A stretch of 64,000 nucleotides of DNA, taken from the NCBI GenBank assembly GCA_963754255.1, contig CAVWEW010000011.1:34638-98637 (forward strand). Direction: 5' to 3'. Positions 16,945-27,560 of this stretch are shown here, in pieces; the stretch's first letter is position 1, and each line of letters starts with the position of its first letter. This DNA comes from an uncultured Actinomycetota bacterium. Lineage in GTDB: Bacteria; Actinomycetota; Acidimicrobiia; Acidimicrobiales; Bog-793. The position numbers and the translations under genes are program-made. The notes below the pieces were generated by a model that had not been told where the DNA came from, made no database searches, and saw only the letters and a list, made by a program, of their open reading frames with translations.

Positions 16945-19012
16945 TCAGGTGGCCGGGGGCACCTGGGAAGCCATGACCATGGGGGCTCTCTCCCAGGCGC
17001 GGTGCAAGCCCACGGCAGCAATCAGCGCATCGCTTAACGACTTCCCGGCCGACCGCCCGGTCACCACGCCGGGCGAGTCGAGGTCGATTGATGACGCTTG
17101 GAGGATCGCAGTGCCGCTCCCCCAGGCGCCGACAGCCTTGCAGTGCCGGTAGGCCTCCTGAAGCAACAGCACCAGCTTGATGTCGGCGCCGGCTTCAACT
17201 CCGTCTGCCACGACGACGGCGTCGAGCTCGATCGAGCGGACCGTGAGCAACGTTCTCTCGACGATCTCCTGGTCGGTGCCGTCGGAGAGGACCCCACCTG
17301 TCGGGGCGATGACGTGGAGCTTGGCTCCGCCCTTCTCGATGGCGCTTCGTAGCTTTCCTATGCCGGAGAGGTCGGCCGCGGCGTCGGCGAAGACTCCAAT
17401 CTTGCGACCGGCGATCGGACCAGGTTCGAGGATGATCTGCGACAGCGCTCCCGACACGATCACGTCCTCAGCTGGGCTACCGCTCGGTGCGGGAAGGCCC
17501 AACCCGGCTGCCACCTGCCGCGCACAGGTCCGCGTCGACGTTCGCCAGCACTGCCAGTTCTCGTTCCCTGATGACCTGCTCGTAGCATTTCCCGAGCTCG
17601 AAAGTGAACGCCTCCACTATGTGTCGCTGTTCGAGGGGACTCAAGCTTCGGTAGAAGAGCGTCGCCTGGCTGAAATGATCCTCGAACGAAGTCGGGTTGG
17701 CGCGGACCGCTGTGCCCTCGATGACGCGGGGCGTCTGCACGTAGCCCCCCTCATCAGCCAGCGCCGGCAGCGGGCCACCATCGTCGATGCTGTTGGGTCG
17801 ATACGGAGCCAAACCGGTATGGATGGCGGTCTGGTGCATGCCATCTCTCAGCATGTCGTTCACCGGGCAGTGAGGGCGGTTGATCGGCAGCTGGGCGAAA
17901 TTCGGTCCCCCCAATCTGGTGATCTGGGTGTCGAGGTAGGAGAACAGTCGCGCCTGCATCAACGGGTCGTTGGTCACCTCTATGCCGGGCACCAGGTGCC
18001 CGATGTGGAAGGCGACCTGTTCAGTCTCTGCGAAATAGTTCGTCGGGTTGCGGTTCAAGGTGAGCTTCCCGATCAGCTGGACAGGTACGAGCTCCTCTGG
18101 CACGAGCTTGGTCGGGTCGAGCAGGTCGATTCCCTCAAAGCTGTCGGTCCCATCGTCCGGCATCACCTGGATGCCGAACTCGTACTCGAGGAAGGCACCG
18201 GCCTCGATGCCGTCGGCCATGTCCCGGCGGTGGAAGTCCGGGTCTACGCCGGCGGCGATCTGAGCCTCTTCCCACACGAGCGAGTGCACGCCGGCGAGGG
18301 GCTTCCAATGGAACTTCACCAGGCTCGACTCGTCTCGCGAGTTGACCAGCCTAAAGGTATGTACGCCGAAACCCTCCATCGTCCGGAACGACCGCGGGAT
18401 GCCGCGGTCACTCATGTTCCACATCACGTGGTGAGTGGCCTCGGTGTGCAGGGAGACAAAGTCCCAGAACGTGTCATGGGCCGACTGAGCTTGTGGAATC
18501 TCCCGGTCCGGATGGGGCTTGGCGGCATGGATGACGTCGGGGAACTTGATGCCGTCCTGGATGAAGAAGACCGGCATGTTGTTACCCACGAGGTCGAACA
18601 CGCCCTCTTCGGTATAGAACTTGACCGCGAAGCCGCGGGTGTCCCGGACCGTGTCAGCAGAGCCACGCGAGCCGAGCACGGTCGAGAAGCGGACGAACAC
18701 CTCGGTCTTCCGACCTTTCTGGAGGAAGCCCGCCTTTGTGACGGACGACGCCGTCCCATAAGACTCGAACACTCCGTGGGCCGCCGCACCGCGAGCGTGC
18801 ACCACCCTCTCCGGGATCCGCTCGTGGTCGAAGTGGGTGATCTTTTCTCGCAGGTGGAAGTCCTCGAGCAGCGTGGGCCCCCGGGTGCCTGCCTTGAGGG
18901 AATGATCGGTATCGGGCAGGCGCACACCTTGCGCAGTGGTCAGGTACTCGCCGGCCTGAGCCCTCGGGTCGAGGTCGCCCGGCTCACCTTCGAGCACACC
19001 CGTGGGGCTCAT
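16945..19012 (-). pseudogene. katE: Large-subunit (HPII-type) catalase, split between the catalase core and the C-terminal DJ-1/PfpI-like domain by a 1-nt indel near 17515-17522
   Basis: ORF 17477..19126 carries catalase motifs ([45 protein letters not shown]) and ends ...[22 protein letters not shown] 16945..17514 ([13 protein letters not shown]...GRKIGVFADAAADL...HVIAP) is the flavodoxin/DJ-1-like tail. Deleting one g in tgcgcGgcaggtg gives ...[13 protein letters not shown]. The start was chosen at the Met of [10 protein letters not shown] (19012); upstream Mets also exist. Confidence 0.85.
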
Positions 19013-19195
19013 GCGCAACGGTGCAGTCTGGTCCCGATGACGTCGTGGAGGCATCGCAACTCCCATGTGGTTTCTCGTGCGGAGGCGATGGTCTTCACCT
19101 GCTGGAGGAGCATAGCGAGCGCCCAATGTGCAGAATCACCAGGCTTGTACTGGGATTGGCGCCACCGGCGGATTCGATTGCAGCAGTGCCTGAGA

Positions 19196-19891
19196 TCAGG
19201 GCATCTCCCCGCTGTCGACAAGCTGCTGGGCGATCAGGCAGAGCTGGCGGTTGTTCCTCTGCGAAGACTGCGCCAGCATCGCGAAGGCCTGATCGGGCGT
19301 GATGCGGTGCCGCTCCATCAGTATGCCCTTGCCCATCCCGATGAGGTCCCGGTTCGAGGCCGCCACCCTCAACTGTTCAGTGCGTCGAGCGTCCGCGAGC
19401 GCCAACGCAGCGTGGGTGGCGAGGAGACGCGCCAGCCGCTCGTGACGGACGCCGAAGGCGTGGCGCACGGTGGCGTACAAGCTGAGCGATCCGACCTGCG
19501 TGTCGTCCACCCACAACGGGACGCACAACATGCTCCGCACGCCCAGAGTCGCCGCCAGCTCCGCGTAGGCAGGCCAGCGTTGCTCCTCCTCCATCGCCTC
19601 GATACGCACGCTCACCTGGTCCCGCGACGCGTCTATGCAAGGTCCCTGTGAGGTCTCCTGCTGAAAGGTGTCGAGGGCAGGCGGTGCTTCCCACACGGTG
19701 GCCTGCGGGGTGAACCGGCCGCGGATGAGCAGGTTCACGCCGGCATAGGAGGCGCCGTCGATCGTGTCGAGCGCGCAGCCGACGATGGCGCCCACTGTTG
19801 CACCGAGGTCCGCTTCTTTGACGTGAAGTGCTCGGCCGAGCCGCTCCAGAGCCGTCAAACTCAAGTCGTCGACTGTCTCGAACACGTCCAT
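19196..19891 (-). CDS. GAF and ANTAR domain-containing RNA-binding regulator
   Basis: This is the C-terminal 231 aa of track ORF 19196..20485. It has a GAF-like core (..SYAGVNLLIRGRF...SMLCVPLWVDDTQVGSLSLYA) followed by an ANTAR helix pair (LRVAASNRDLIGMGKGILMERHRITPDQAFAMLAQSSQRNNRQL). The start at ATG 19891 is provisional; an upstream Met near 20062 is possible. Confidence 0.75.
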   Translation of the reverse strand: MDVFETVDDLSLTALERLGRALHVKEADLGATVGAIVGCALDTIDGASYAGVNLLIRGRFTPQATVWEAPPALDTFQQETSQGPCIDASRDQVSVRIEAMEEEQRWPAYAELAATLGVRSMLCVPLWVDDTQVGSLSLYATVRHAFGVRHERLARLLATHAALALADARRTEQLRVAASNRDLIGMGKGILMERHRITPDQAFAMLAQSSQRNNRQLCLIAQQLVDSGEMP

Positions 19892-20213
19892 CTGCAGCCC
19901 GAGCAACCCCACCCCTCCACCCCCGTCGACTGGAACCACCGCCGGCGGAATGTTCCCTGTGGCCACGGGGGCGAAACAACGGGTTCCGGGCGGACCGGCC
20001 CCGCTGCGGCGGCTCCGGCCGCTGTCGCGGCCGCTCAGGTCACCGCCATCTGCTCTCAGCATTCGCAACGCCGGGGTGAGATGAGGAGACGGCGCAGCCG
20101 CGGGGCCAACAGTTGGCTGCCTACGGCGCGTTTGGTGGGTGTTGAGGTGGGTATGCGGAGTCCACATTCGTGAGGAACAGGAAGGCGGAATCGTGCACGA
20201 AGAAGGAAGCGGC

Positions 20214-21236
20214 ATGGCCACCCCACAGGACGCCCCGAAGGCTGATCTCGGCAGTTCACGGAATTCCCTCAGCCGGCGCCACGTCTTGATGCTCGGAGGC
20301 GCGGCCGCAGGCGGGGCCTTGGTGGCTGCTACTCCGCTGGCCTCAGGCCTGGCATCGGCCTCTACAACTGACACGCGACATGTCCAGGGAGCAGACGCCG
20401 GAAAGTCGCCGGCAGACCTCCCGACAAAGGAGATCGAGAGAATCGTCCGGGCGCAGGGCACGTTCAGCAACGGCGTGCTGAACATCGAGATTGACAGGGA
20501 CGACCTTCCTCACGTGACGAAGGAGGGCCACGTCATCAAGCCGGCCTTCATGATCAACGGCAACCTCTGCTTCGAGCAACTGCGCGACGGCTCGGTGATG
20601 ATGAACGGAGACCTTGCCTTCAAGCCCGAGGAGATCGACGGCTCGATCGCCCAGATGGTCAGGCACGGCATCACCTGGCAGGCCCTCCACCAGCATCTAT
20701 ACGGCCTCAACCCGATGGTCTACTTCATGCACATGCGAATCCGGGGCAGCGCCCGCAAGTCCGCGGAGGCCTGTGCGGCAGTCTTGAGCGCCACGTCGAC
20801 ACCACTGCCTCAGGCGCCGCCGAAGAACCCGACCACCCCGCTCGATCCGAAGAGACTCGGTTCGATAATCGGCTCTACCCCGACCGTGGGCGCCTCGGGT
20901 GTGGTCAGCTTCAGCCTTCCTCCGCGTGAGCAGATCATGCTGGGCGGGGTGGCGATCAACCCGTACCTGAACGTCTACACGTCAGTCGACTTCCAACCCC
21001 TCGGGGGCAACCGGGCTATCTGTGTTCCCGACTTCGGTCAGCGCTGGTACGAAGTCGACCCGTTGGCCAAGACCATGCTGGCGCAGGGCTGGCAGATCGA
21101 CTGCCTTTACAACCAGGAGACCGACGAGCAGCCGCAACTCTTCTTCTCCCACGACTACAAGGTGGGGGACGCCTACGAGCTCGCCAAAGAGGTGAGGCGC
21201 GGCCTCGACAAGCTCGACCTGGTGCTCGACAACTAG
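20214..21236 (+). CDS. Tat-exported DUF1259 (LppY/LpqO-like) protein
   Basis: Twin-arginine signal (SRRHVLMLGGAAAGGALVAA). The body resembles DUF1259 as I remember it (GVLNIEIDRDDL...INGNLCFEQL..., QALHQHLYGLNPMVYFMHMRG, a second half-domain repeat). The ATG at 20214 is in frame with track ORF 20139..21236. Confidence 0.65.
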   Translation: MATPQDAPKADLGSSRNSLSRRHVLMLGGAAAGGALVAATPLASGLASASTTDTRHVQGADAGKSPADLPTKEIERIVRAQGTFSNGVLNIEIDRDDLPHVTKEGHVIKPAFMINGNLCFEQLRDGSVMMNGDLAFKPEEIDGSIAQMVRHGITWQALHQHLYGLNPMVYFMHMRIRGSARKSAEACAAVLSATSTPLPQAPPKNPTTPLDPKRLGSIIGSTPTVGASGVVSFSLPPREQIMLGGVAINPYLNVYTSVDFQPLGGNRAICVPDFGQRWYEVDPLAKTMLAQGWQIDCLYNQETDEQPQLFFSHDYKVGDAYELAKEVRRGLDKLDLVLDN

Positions 21237-21540
21237 ACAGGCGCGCTACTAACGCTCAGTCGCCGGACTCGCCTCAGGGTCCACTTAGACCGTGACTGCC
21301 TTCACCGTCGGCGGCGACCGCCTGACCGGCAATAGGTGCCACGCCGATGGGCGCTCCCTCTTCGACTCGGATCACCGTGTACCGCGTGCCGGGAGGTTAG
21401 GGGGGGTTCCTCCAGGGACCTGGTCTCGCCGGCCAATCGACAGCGCGCGTCAGGCTCAACTGGTTGAAGGCGCACTTCGCGCGCCGGCGCATACCTATTG
21501 AAGACACCGATCCTCTCGAAGGTGTATTGCTGCCCGGTGG

Positions 21541-22638
21541 TTAGCTCGAGCCCCACTCCCAGGTGTCACTCAGCAACTGGTTCTGCCAGTAGTCATAGCC
21601 GCCGAACAGGAATACGGTGCCGGTGGCCGAGTCGTACGCCATCGCCGCGCCCTCCCGGGCCGCCGGGCGGTTCGCCGGGGCCTGTTTGGTCCAGGTGGAC
21701 CCGTCCCAGGTCTCGGTACCGCGTAGCGGGTAGTTGCCGCTCTGGCCGCCGAACAGGACGACGGTGCCGGTGGCCGCGTCGTAGGCTGCCGACCCGCCCT
21801 CGCGGCCGGCTGGGCGGTTTGCGGGCGCCTGCTTGGTCCAGCTGGTTCCGTTCCAGGTCCAGGTGTCACCGAATATGCGGCCTTGGGGGGCATTCGAGCC
21901 GCCGAACAGGACGACGGTGCCAGTGGCCGCGTCGTAGGCCGTCGACGCGCCCTGACGAGCGGACGGGCTGATCGGAGGGGCCTGCTTGGTCCACGTGGTT
22001 CCATTCCAGGTCCAGGTGTCGGCGAACCAGCGGTATCCGTTCGTGCCACCGAAGAGGACCACGGTGCCAGTGGCCACGTCGTAGGCCATCGACGCGTACC
22101 CCCGCGCCGCCGGGCTTGTCGCAGGGGCCTGCTTGGTCCAGGTGGTTCCGTTCCAGGTCCAGGTGTCGCCGAACCAGCGATAGCCGCCGAACAGGACGAC
22201 GGTGCCGGTGGACGCGTCGTAGGCCATCGACGCGCCCGATCGGGCAGGTGGGCTCGTCGTCGGCGCCTGCTTGGTCCAAGTGGATCCGTTCCAGGTCCAG
22301 GTGTCGCCGACACCCTGGCCGTTGACATCGCCGCCGAACAGGACCGCGGTGCCGGTGGCCGTGTCGTAGGCCATCGACACGTACCCCCGCGCCGGCGGGC
22401 TGGTCGCAGGGGCCTGCTTCGTCCAGTTCAGAATTGAGGAGGGACTGGCGAGAGCGGGTGACTGCGAGACGCCAGGAACGCCGAAGGCCAGCAAACAAGC
22501 GGCACCCGCGGCAAGCGAGCAGGCCCGGTCGCGCCAGCGGCGGCGGCCACGAGCTTCGGCGCGATGAACCCGGTCCTGCTGCCCGACGAGCCGTGCACTA
22601 CCGCGTGCAGCGGTGATCAACCTTCGGCTGATGCGCAT
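21541..22638 (-). CDS. Secreted six-bladed Kelch-repeat (galactose-oxidase-like beta-propeller) protein
   Basis: Signal-like N-terminus, then six units of about 46-51 aa: WTKQAP..SP.AR.GASMAYD.ATGTVVLFGG....GDTWTWNGT. Confidence 0.8.
   Translation of the reverse strand: MRISRRLITAARGSARLVGQQDRVHRAEARGRRRWRDRACSLAAGAACLLAFGVPGVSQSPALASPSSILNWTKQAPATSPPARGYVSMAYDTATGTAVLFGGDVNGQGVGDTWTWNGSTWTKQAPTTSPPARSGASMAYDASTGTVVLFGGYRWFGDTWTWNGTTWTKQAPATSPAARGYASMAYDVATGTVVLFGGTNGYRWFADTWTWNGTTWTKQAPPISPSARQGASTAYDAATGTVVLFGGSNAPQGRIFGDTWTWNGTSWTKQAPANRPAGREGGSAAYDAATGTVVLFGGQSGNYPLRGTETWDGSTWTKQAPANRPAAREGAAMAYDSATGTVFLFGGYDYWQNQLLSDTWEWGSS
21560..22420. repeat. Six tandem ~138-153-bp coding repeats (the Kelch blades) with high nucleotide identity
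   Basis: Recurrent strings are visible in the DNA, such as ggtgccggtggccgcgtcgtaggc, ccgccgaacaggacgac and ctgcttggtccaggtgg(a/t)tccgttccaggtccaggtgtc. Confidence 0.7.
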
Positions 22639-22962
22639 TTAGGCCGCCCTTCGTTGACCAATCACGCCGCTCCGGCAGCAACTTAGAGGTCCAGCATCGG
22701 CAGGATAGTTCGCCTGCCACTCGAACGGCGAATCCCTCGGGGAGACGTCCGGTCATGCTGACACCGCACCGCTACCATCGATATCTCGCCGCAGCGCGCA
22801 CTGGGCACACGTGATCGCGAACGCCGGTCGTGACCGTGGGAGCGCCTCCTCGGCTTCGGGCGCCTGGTAGTACCTCCTGTGGAGGTGCCGGCGCCGCCCG
22901 CTCGAGCCGGTGTGCAGGCACAGCTCTTGTCCCATCATCGCCGAGCGAGCAAGGAGCGCCCC

Positions 22963-23786
22963 GTGAAGATCTTCATCTCCTCCGACATGGAGGGGACAGC
23001 CGGCATCGTCGACTGGGAGCAGGTCCGTCCCGGCAGCGCCGACTATCCCGCCTCCGTGGAGCTGCTGCTCGCCGAAGTGAACGCGGCCATCATGGGGGCA
23101 GAGGAGGCTGGAGCGACTGAGTTCCTCGTGAACGACTCTCACAACCGGATGGCCAACCTTCCACCCGCTCGCCTTGCAGGGGGGCGCGCTACCTCTCCGG
23201 CCGCCTGAAGCCGCGCTACATGATGGAGGGGCTTGACGAGACCTTCGACGCGGCGTTCTTCGTCTCCTACCACGGATCGATGTCCGCGCACGGGTCGACC
23301 CTCTCGCACACCTACTTCCCGGCCGCCTTTCTCGAGGTCACGCTCAATGGTGACGTGGTGGGAGAAGCAGGCATCAATGCCCTCGTCGCCCACCACTACG
23401 GCGTGCCCGTCGTGCTGATCACCGGCGACGAGACAACTGCCACAGAGATCGGCAAGGTCAGCCCCGGCATCCGTAGCACGGTCGTCAAACGCTCCATCAC
23501 ACGGTTCGCCGCCGACTCAATGCACCCGGCGCTCGCCTGCGAGCTCATTAAAGAACAGGCCAGGCTCGCAATCGCCGGGCTCGGGAGAGCGGATCCTCCT
23601 GACATCGCCCTCCCAGCCTCTCTCGCCATCCGGTTCCACAACAGCGACTACGCCGACCTCGCCGCCCACGTCAGCGGCGTCAAGCACACGGGCGACCTGC
23701 AGGTGACTATCGCCAACGAAGACTCGCTCGAGCTGTTCCAGACCTTCATCACAGTCGTCCTCATCTGCCGCGGCTTTGTCGAGTAG
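22963..23786 (+). pseudogene. dppA: M55 family D-aminopeptidase (DppA-like), frameshifted in a G6 run at 23179-23184
   Basis: GTG at 22963 preceded by AAGGAG. The product VKIFISSDMEGTAGIV...ATEFLVNDSHNRMANL resembles B. subtilis DppA (MKLYMSVDMEG...VNDSHSKMNNL). The second ORF, 23220..23786, starts MMEGLDETFDAAFFVSYHG. The bridging residues GARYLSGRLKPRYMMEG are readable after a 1-nt shift at cagggggg. Confidence 0.8.
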
Positions 23787-24043
23787 GGCCGAGCTCGAAG
23801 ACAAGAGAGCCGCGGTCACCGGGATCGCCCACACGATCGGTGATGCGGTCGGGTAAACCACCCTCTCCACGAGGCCTCTCGGGCACGACGGCTGCTCAGT
23901 TATTCAGGTCGCCGTCGCTCTTTCGCATCACGACGTCTGGGCTGGACCGAAGGTAGTTCCCTCCGCGGCGAGATGCCGTTCGACCGACTGCTCGTCGGGA
24001 AACGCTTCAGGGTCGAACCGATCGATTCGGCAGGGGTAGATGT

Positions 24044-25225
24044 CTACGAAAGGTGGCAGCGCCCCGGACGATCTCGGCGGCCACCCTTCCAAATTCCCGG
24101 GCCGTGGCCGATGCCAGACTCGTTGTCCCCACCTACGACCACGACGTTGTCGTAGGTGGGGAGGTGGTCCGCAATTGGTTGCCCGTCGGGAGTGTATGTG
24201 GGCATTCCTTGTCTCCAGCAGGCCACGGTAGCGCCCGACAGGCGGGGAAAGATCGGCTCGAGACGGCCTTGCTCGCCACGCTGTAGCTCCATCAGCACCT
24301 CGCTTCGCGGCTGACCCGGCGCGATCGGGCCTTCACGCTGCTCGACCCGGTAGGCGACGCGATAGGCCGAGAAGCTTCCCCAAGTGAAGCGGCCGGCACT
24401 CTCTCGAATCCACATCCCGAAGTCGTCGCACTGGATCGTCGGCATGGTGTCTGGGATGCCCAGAGGTTCGGTGACAAGCCGTGACGCGACCACCCGAAGA
24501 AGCGGGAGCTTCATGCCGAGGTGCTGCAGGACAGAGTTCGTCCAGGCCCCGGCGGCAACAACGACAGCCGAGGCCCTCACAGCGCCGCGTGAGGTCACCA
24601 CGGCCGACACCTTGCCGTTGTTGGCGGAGAAGCCTTCGACGGTGATGCCGGATCGCAGTGTTCCTCCCATCCTGGCGATAAGCGAAGCTATGGCCTGCAC
24701 GGCCATACCGGTCTCAACCTGGATAGCAGTCGGCATCAGGACGGCACCGTGGACCGCGTCGGCGTTCACTACGCCGGTGATCCGGGCGATCTCTTGCGGA
24801 TCGATTATCCGTGTGCCCGGGGAAGCCGCCGGGTGCTCAGCCACCTGAACCACGCTGCGCCGCCAAGTCTTCGCAGTTAAGGCAAGGACCAGATTGCCAT
24901 TGTTGCGGTAGGCGATGGGGTGGCCGGCAGAGTTGAGGGCACCGTAGAAGGCCAATCCATAGCTCTCCAGCCCGAGACCGGGCTCGTCCACCTGCATTCT
25001 GCCTGCCGCCCACAACGCCACGAATCCTGCGCCGGCCGATGTGGTCCCGCCCCCGGGCGGATGGGCGTCGAGCACCGTGACATCGCGGGCGCCTGCCTTC
25101 AGCAGGTGGTATGCAGCCGAACAGCCCATGATCCCGGCCCCGATGACGACCACCGGATCCGCCGGACTGACCCGATCCCACGTTGCGGCGGACTCTGTCG
25201 TCAGGAGATCACCGACGAGGGTCAT
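24044..25225 (-). CDS. FAD-dependent oxidoreductase (DAO / sarcosine-oxidase-beta-like)
   Basis: N-terminal dinucleotide fold VVVIGAGIMGCSAAYHLLKAG.DVTVLD. An ATGA overlap links it to the upstream M20 gene. The 3' end looks disturbed. After GIGHGPGI the expected G.VAAEIVRG motif appears in another frame (shift near the AAA at 24091-24093). A further RFDPE-type tail appears in the third frame. The true stop may therefore be near 23928-24007. Confidence 0.75.
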   Translation of the reverse strand: MTLVGDLLTTESAATWDRVSPADPVVVIGAGIMGCSAAYHLLKAGARDVTVLDAHPPGGGTTSAGAGFVALWAAGRMQVDEPGLGLESYGLAFYGALNSAGHPIAYRNNGNLVLALTAKTWRRSVVQVAEHPAASPGTRIIDPQEIARITGVVNADAVHGAVLMPTAIQVETGMAVQAIASLIARMGGTLRSGITVEGFSANNGKVSAVVTSRGAVRASAVVVAAGAWTNSVLQHLGMKLPLLRVVASRLVTEPLGIPDTMPTIQCDDFGMWIRESAGRFTWGSFSAYRVAYRVEQREGPIAPGQPRSEVLMELQRGEQGRLEPIFPRLSGATVACWRQGMPTYTPDGQPIADHLPTYDNVVVVGGDNESGIGHGPGIWKGGRRDRPGRCHLS

Positions 25226-26531
25226 CGGGAGCCTGAGCAGTAGTCAATCGCCAAGAGGGCAAGCGAGGCGGTGCAAGCGAGCACTTCCTCGATCGGAACA
25301 CGTTCGCGTGGTCCGTGGGCCAAGCTCACATCTCCTGGACCGTAATGGGCCGTCGGCATCCCGCCCAGTGCGGTCGTGAGTCGCAAGTCACTTCCGTACG
25401 GTGCACCCCACACTCCCTGAGAGCGGTCGGACACCGCTGCATGTGCCTTCGCGAGCGAAGTGACAATCGTCGAGTCCACGTTGGTCATGCCGGGGGCGAA
25501 CTGACCCCCCACCACTCCACTTCGACCGGGTGGCTGTCCAGCCATGTGTCGCTTTCACAAGCCGTTCGAATGGTCTGTTCGAAGTGGAGTTTCGCCGATT
25601 CGATCTCCTCTTCCAGCGCGAGCCCGTACCGGCCTTCGGCGACGAGCGAATCGGGCACGGACGATGACCAGTCTCCGGCGCGGACCACACCTATCTCGAT
25701 GGGATAAGCGATGTCCCATCTCGCCATAAGGGGGTGAACGCTGACGTTTCGGTGGGCCTCGAGCTGCCGTAGGGCATCGAACACAGGCCAGAACTTCTCG
25801 ATCGCGCTCACGCCCGCCGTGCGTCGAGAGGCGTGACAGGCCCGCCCTGTGATGCGCAGGCGGAATGTGAGGCTTCCTGCTGCCGCCGGGACCAGGTCGA
25901 GAGAGGTCGGCTCCGGGATCACGCAGGCATCGGCCCGCCACCCACGGGCGAGCGTTGCGAAGGTCCCGAGTCCACCATCTTCTTCTCCCTGTACACAGGC
26001 GACGACGAGGTCTCCATCCAGGGGGACCTTCAACTCGATGAGGGTCCGCAGTGCCCACAGCGCGGCCACAAGACCCCCCTTCATGTCGCAGCTGCCCCGA
26101 CCCCAGACGAATCCGTCGCCGATCGCGCCGCCAAACGGCTCCTCTCTCCCCCACGCTCCGATCGTGCCTGGGGGCACCACGTCGACATGCCCGTTCAGCA
26201 TCAAGGACCGTCCTCCGCCGGCACCACGGGCACAACCCACCAGCCCCCACGCCTCCCGCCGGTCAACCTCCACTCCGGGAAAGCCTTCGGATGCAAGCGT
26301 GGTAAGGAGCGGTATCTCCCAACTGTCGACATCGAGGTCGAGCTGAACCAACTCCTGTGCCATCCTCGCCTGGATGGTGTTCTCCTCGTCACTGCCCGAG
26401 ATGCTCGGTATCTTCACGAGCTCGCTCAGTAAGAGCACGATCTGGCGGGCGTGGTCCTCCACGAACTCGCGGACGGCCGTTCGCCAATGAGCCGCCGGCT
26501 GTCGTTCCCGTCGCTCATCGCGGGGGGGCAT
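25222..26531 (-). pseudogene. M20 family metallopeptidase (ArgE/DapE/acetylornithine-deacetylase-like), frameshifted at the C6 run 25505-25510
   Basis: ORF 25485..26531 has LMLNGHVDVVP and GRGSCDMKGG and ends ...VEVEWWGVSSPPA*. ORF 25222..25545 continues as ..GGQFAPGMTNVDSTIVTSLAKAH...GGMPTAHYGPGDVSLAHGPRERV. A single G is missing in the run tggggggtcag on the minus strand. Confidence 0.8.
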
Positions 26532-26537
26532 TGATCG

Positions 26538-27560
26538 CTATCCTGCAGAGCCGGTCTGGGTCAAGGGGTAGTGACAGGCCACGAGTCGTCCGGCCCCACC
26601 GATCGGAAGGAGCGGGGGTTCCTCCAAGCGGCACCGGTCATCCGCGTAGGGACAGCGGGGATGGAACCGACAGCCCGGCGGCGGTGAGACGGCGCTCGGG
26701 ATCTCTCCACTCAGCACGATCCGGTCCGCGCGACCTCGAAGCTTGACGTCCGGAACCGGCACCGAGGAGAGGAGCGCCTCGGTGTAGGGGTGGAACGGTC
26801 GGCTCACGATTTCCTCCGCCGGCGCGATCTCAGCCAGCCTTCCGAGGTACATGACGGCGATCCGGTCCGAGATCTGACGAACGACTGACAGGTCGTGTGC
26901 AATGAAGACGTAGGTGAGGCCGAAGGTCTCCTTGAGGTCGGCAAGCAGGTTGACGACCTGTGCCTGAATCGAGACATCGAGGGCGGATACCGGCTCGTCG
27001 GCCACGATGAGCCGCGGATCAGCGGCCAGCGCCCGGGCGATGCCGATACGTTGCCGCTGGCCGCCCGAGAACTGGTGCGGGAAGCTTGCTGCGTGCTCCG
27101 GGCGTAGTCCAACCTGTTCGAGCAGTGCCCGCACACGGTCGGGGATCTCCGAGCGCGGCATTGAGCGGTTCAACCGGAGGGTCAGTCCCACGATCGACTC
27201 GATCCGCTTGCGCGGGTTGAGCGAGCCGTAGGGGTCCTGGAAGATCATCTGCATCTCTGCTCGCAGAGGGCGGAGCTTGCCGGGCGACAAGGTCGTGATG
27301 TCACGCCCGCCAAACTCAATGCGTCCCGACGTCAGGTCCGTCAGCCGGACGAGGCACCGGCCGAGCGTCGACTTGCCACAGCCGGACTCGCCGATGAGGC
27401 CGAGCGTCTCGCCGGCAAGGACGTCGAGATTGACCGAATCGACGGCATGGACCACCTCCTTCGACCGCCACGTCCTGCCCTTGCCGTGCACCGGGTAATG
27501 CTTTGTCACCCGATCGGCCCGCAAGAGGACATGGCCCACTTCAGTTTCGGCCAGGGTCAC
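26538..27560 (-). CDS. Peptide ABC transporter ATP-binding protein (DppF/OppF type)
   Basis: [25 protein letters not shown] and [11 protein letters not shown] motifs plus a C-terminal oligopeptide-type extension (HPYT...GCRFHPRCP). The GTG at 27560 forms a GTGA overlap with the upstream ATPase stop. Confidence 0.85.
   Translation of the reverse strand: MTLAETEVGHVLLRADRVTKHYPVHGKGRTWRSKEVVHAVDSVNLDVLAGETLGLIGESGCGKSTLGRCLVRLTDLTSGRIEFGGRDITTLSPGKLRPLRAEMQMIFQDPYGSLNPRKRIESIVGLTLRLNRSMPRSEIPDRVRALLEQVGLRPEHAASFPHQFSGGQRQRIGIARALAADPRLIVADEPVSALDVSIQAQVVNLLADLKETFGLTYVFIAHDLSVVRQISDRIAVMYLGRLAEIAPAEEIVSRPFHPYTEALLSSVPVPDVKLRGRADRIVLSGEIPSAVSPPPGCRFHPRCPYADDRCRLEEPPLLPIGGAGRLVACHYPLTQTGSAG

Noticed and set aside
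21302-21556. 84-aa ORF overlapping the Kelch gene stop. With a shift in the G7 run (~21400) it extends to ...PGTRYTVIRVEEGAPIGVAPIAGQAVAADGEG.
   Set aside because: No recognisable family, weak coding signal and a dependence on a hypothetical frameshift. It is mentioned only as a possible remnant in the Kelch finding.
22753-22940. Small Cys/His-containing ORF (MMGQELCLHTGSSGRRRHLHRR...CAQCALRRD) divergent from the dppA-like gene. It could be a zinc-ribbon protein.
   Set aside because: It is the tail of a longer antisense ORF (22753..23142) that overlaps the dppA-like coding region. It has no RBS or motif support and an Arg-rich composition typical of GC artefacts.
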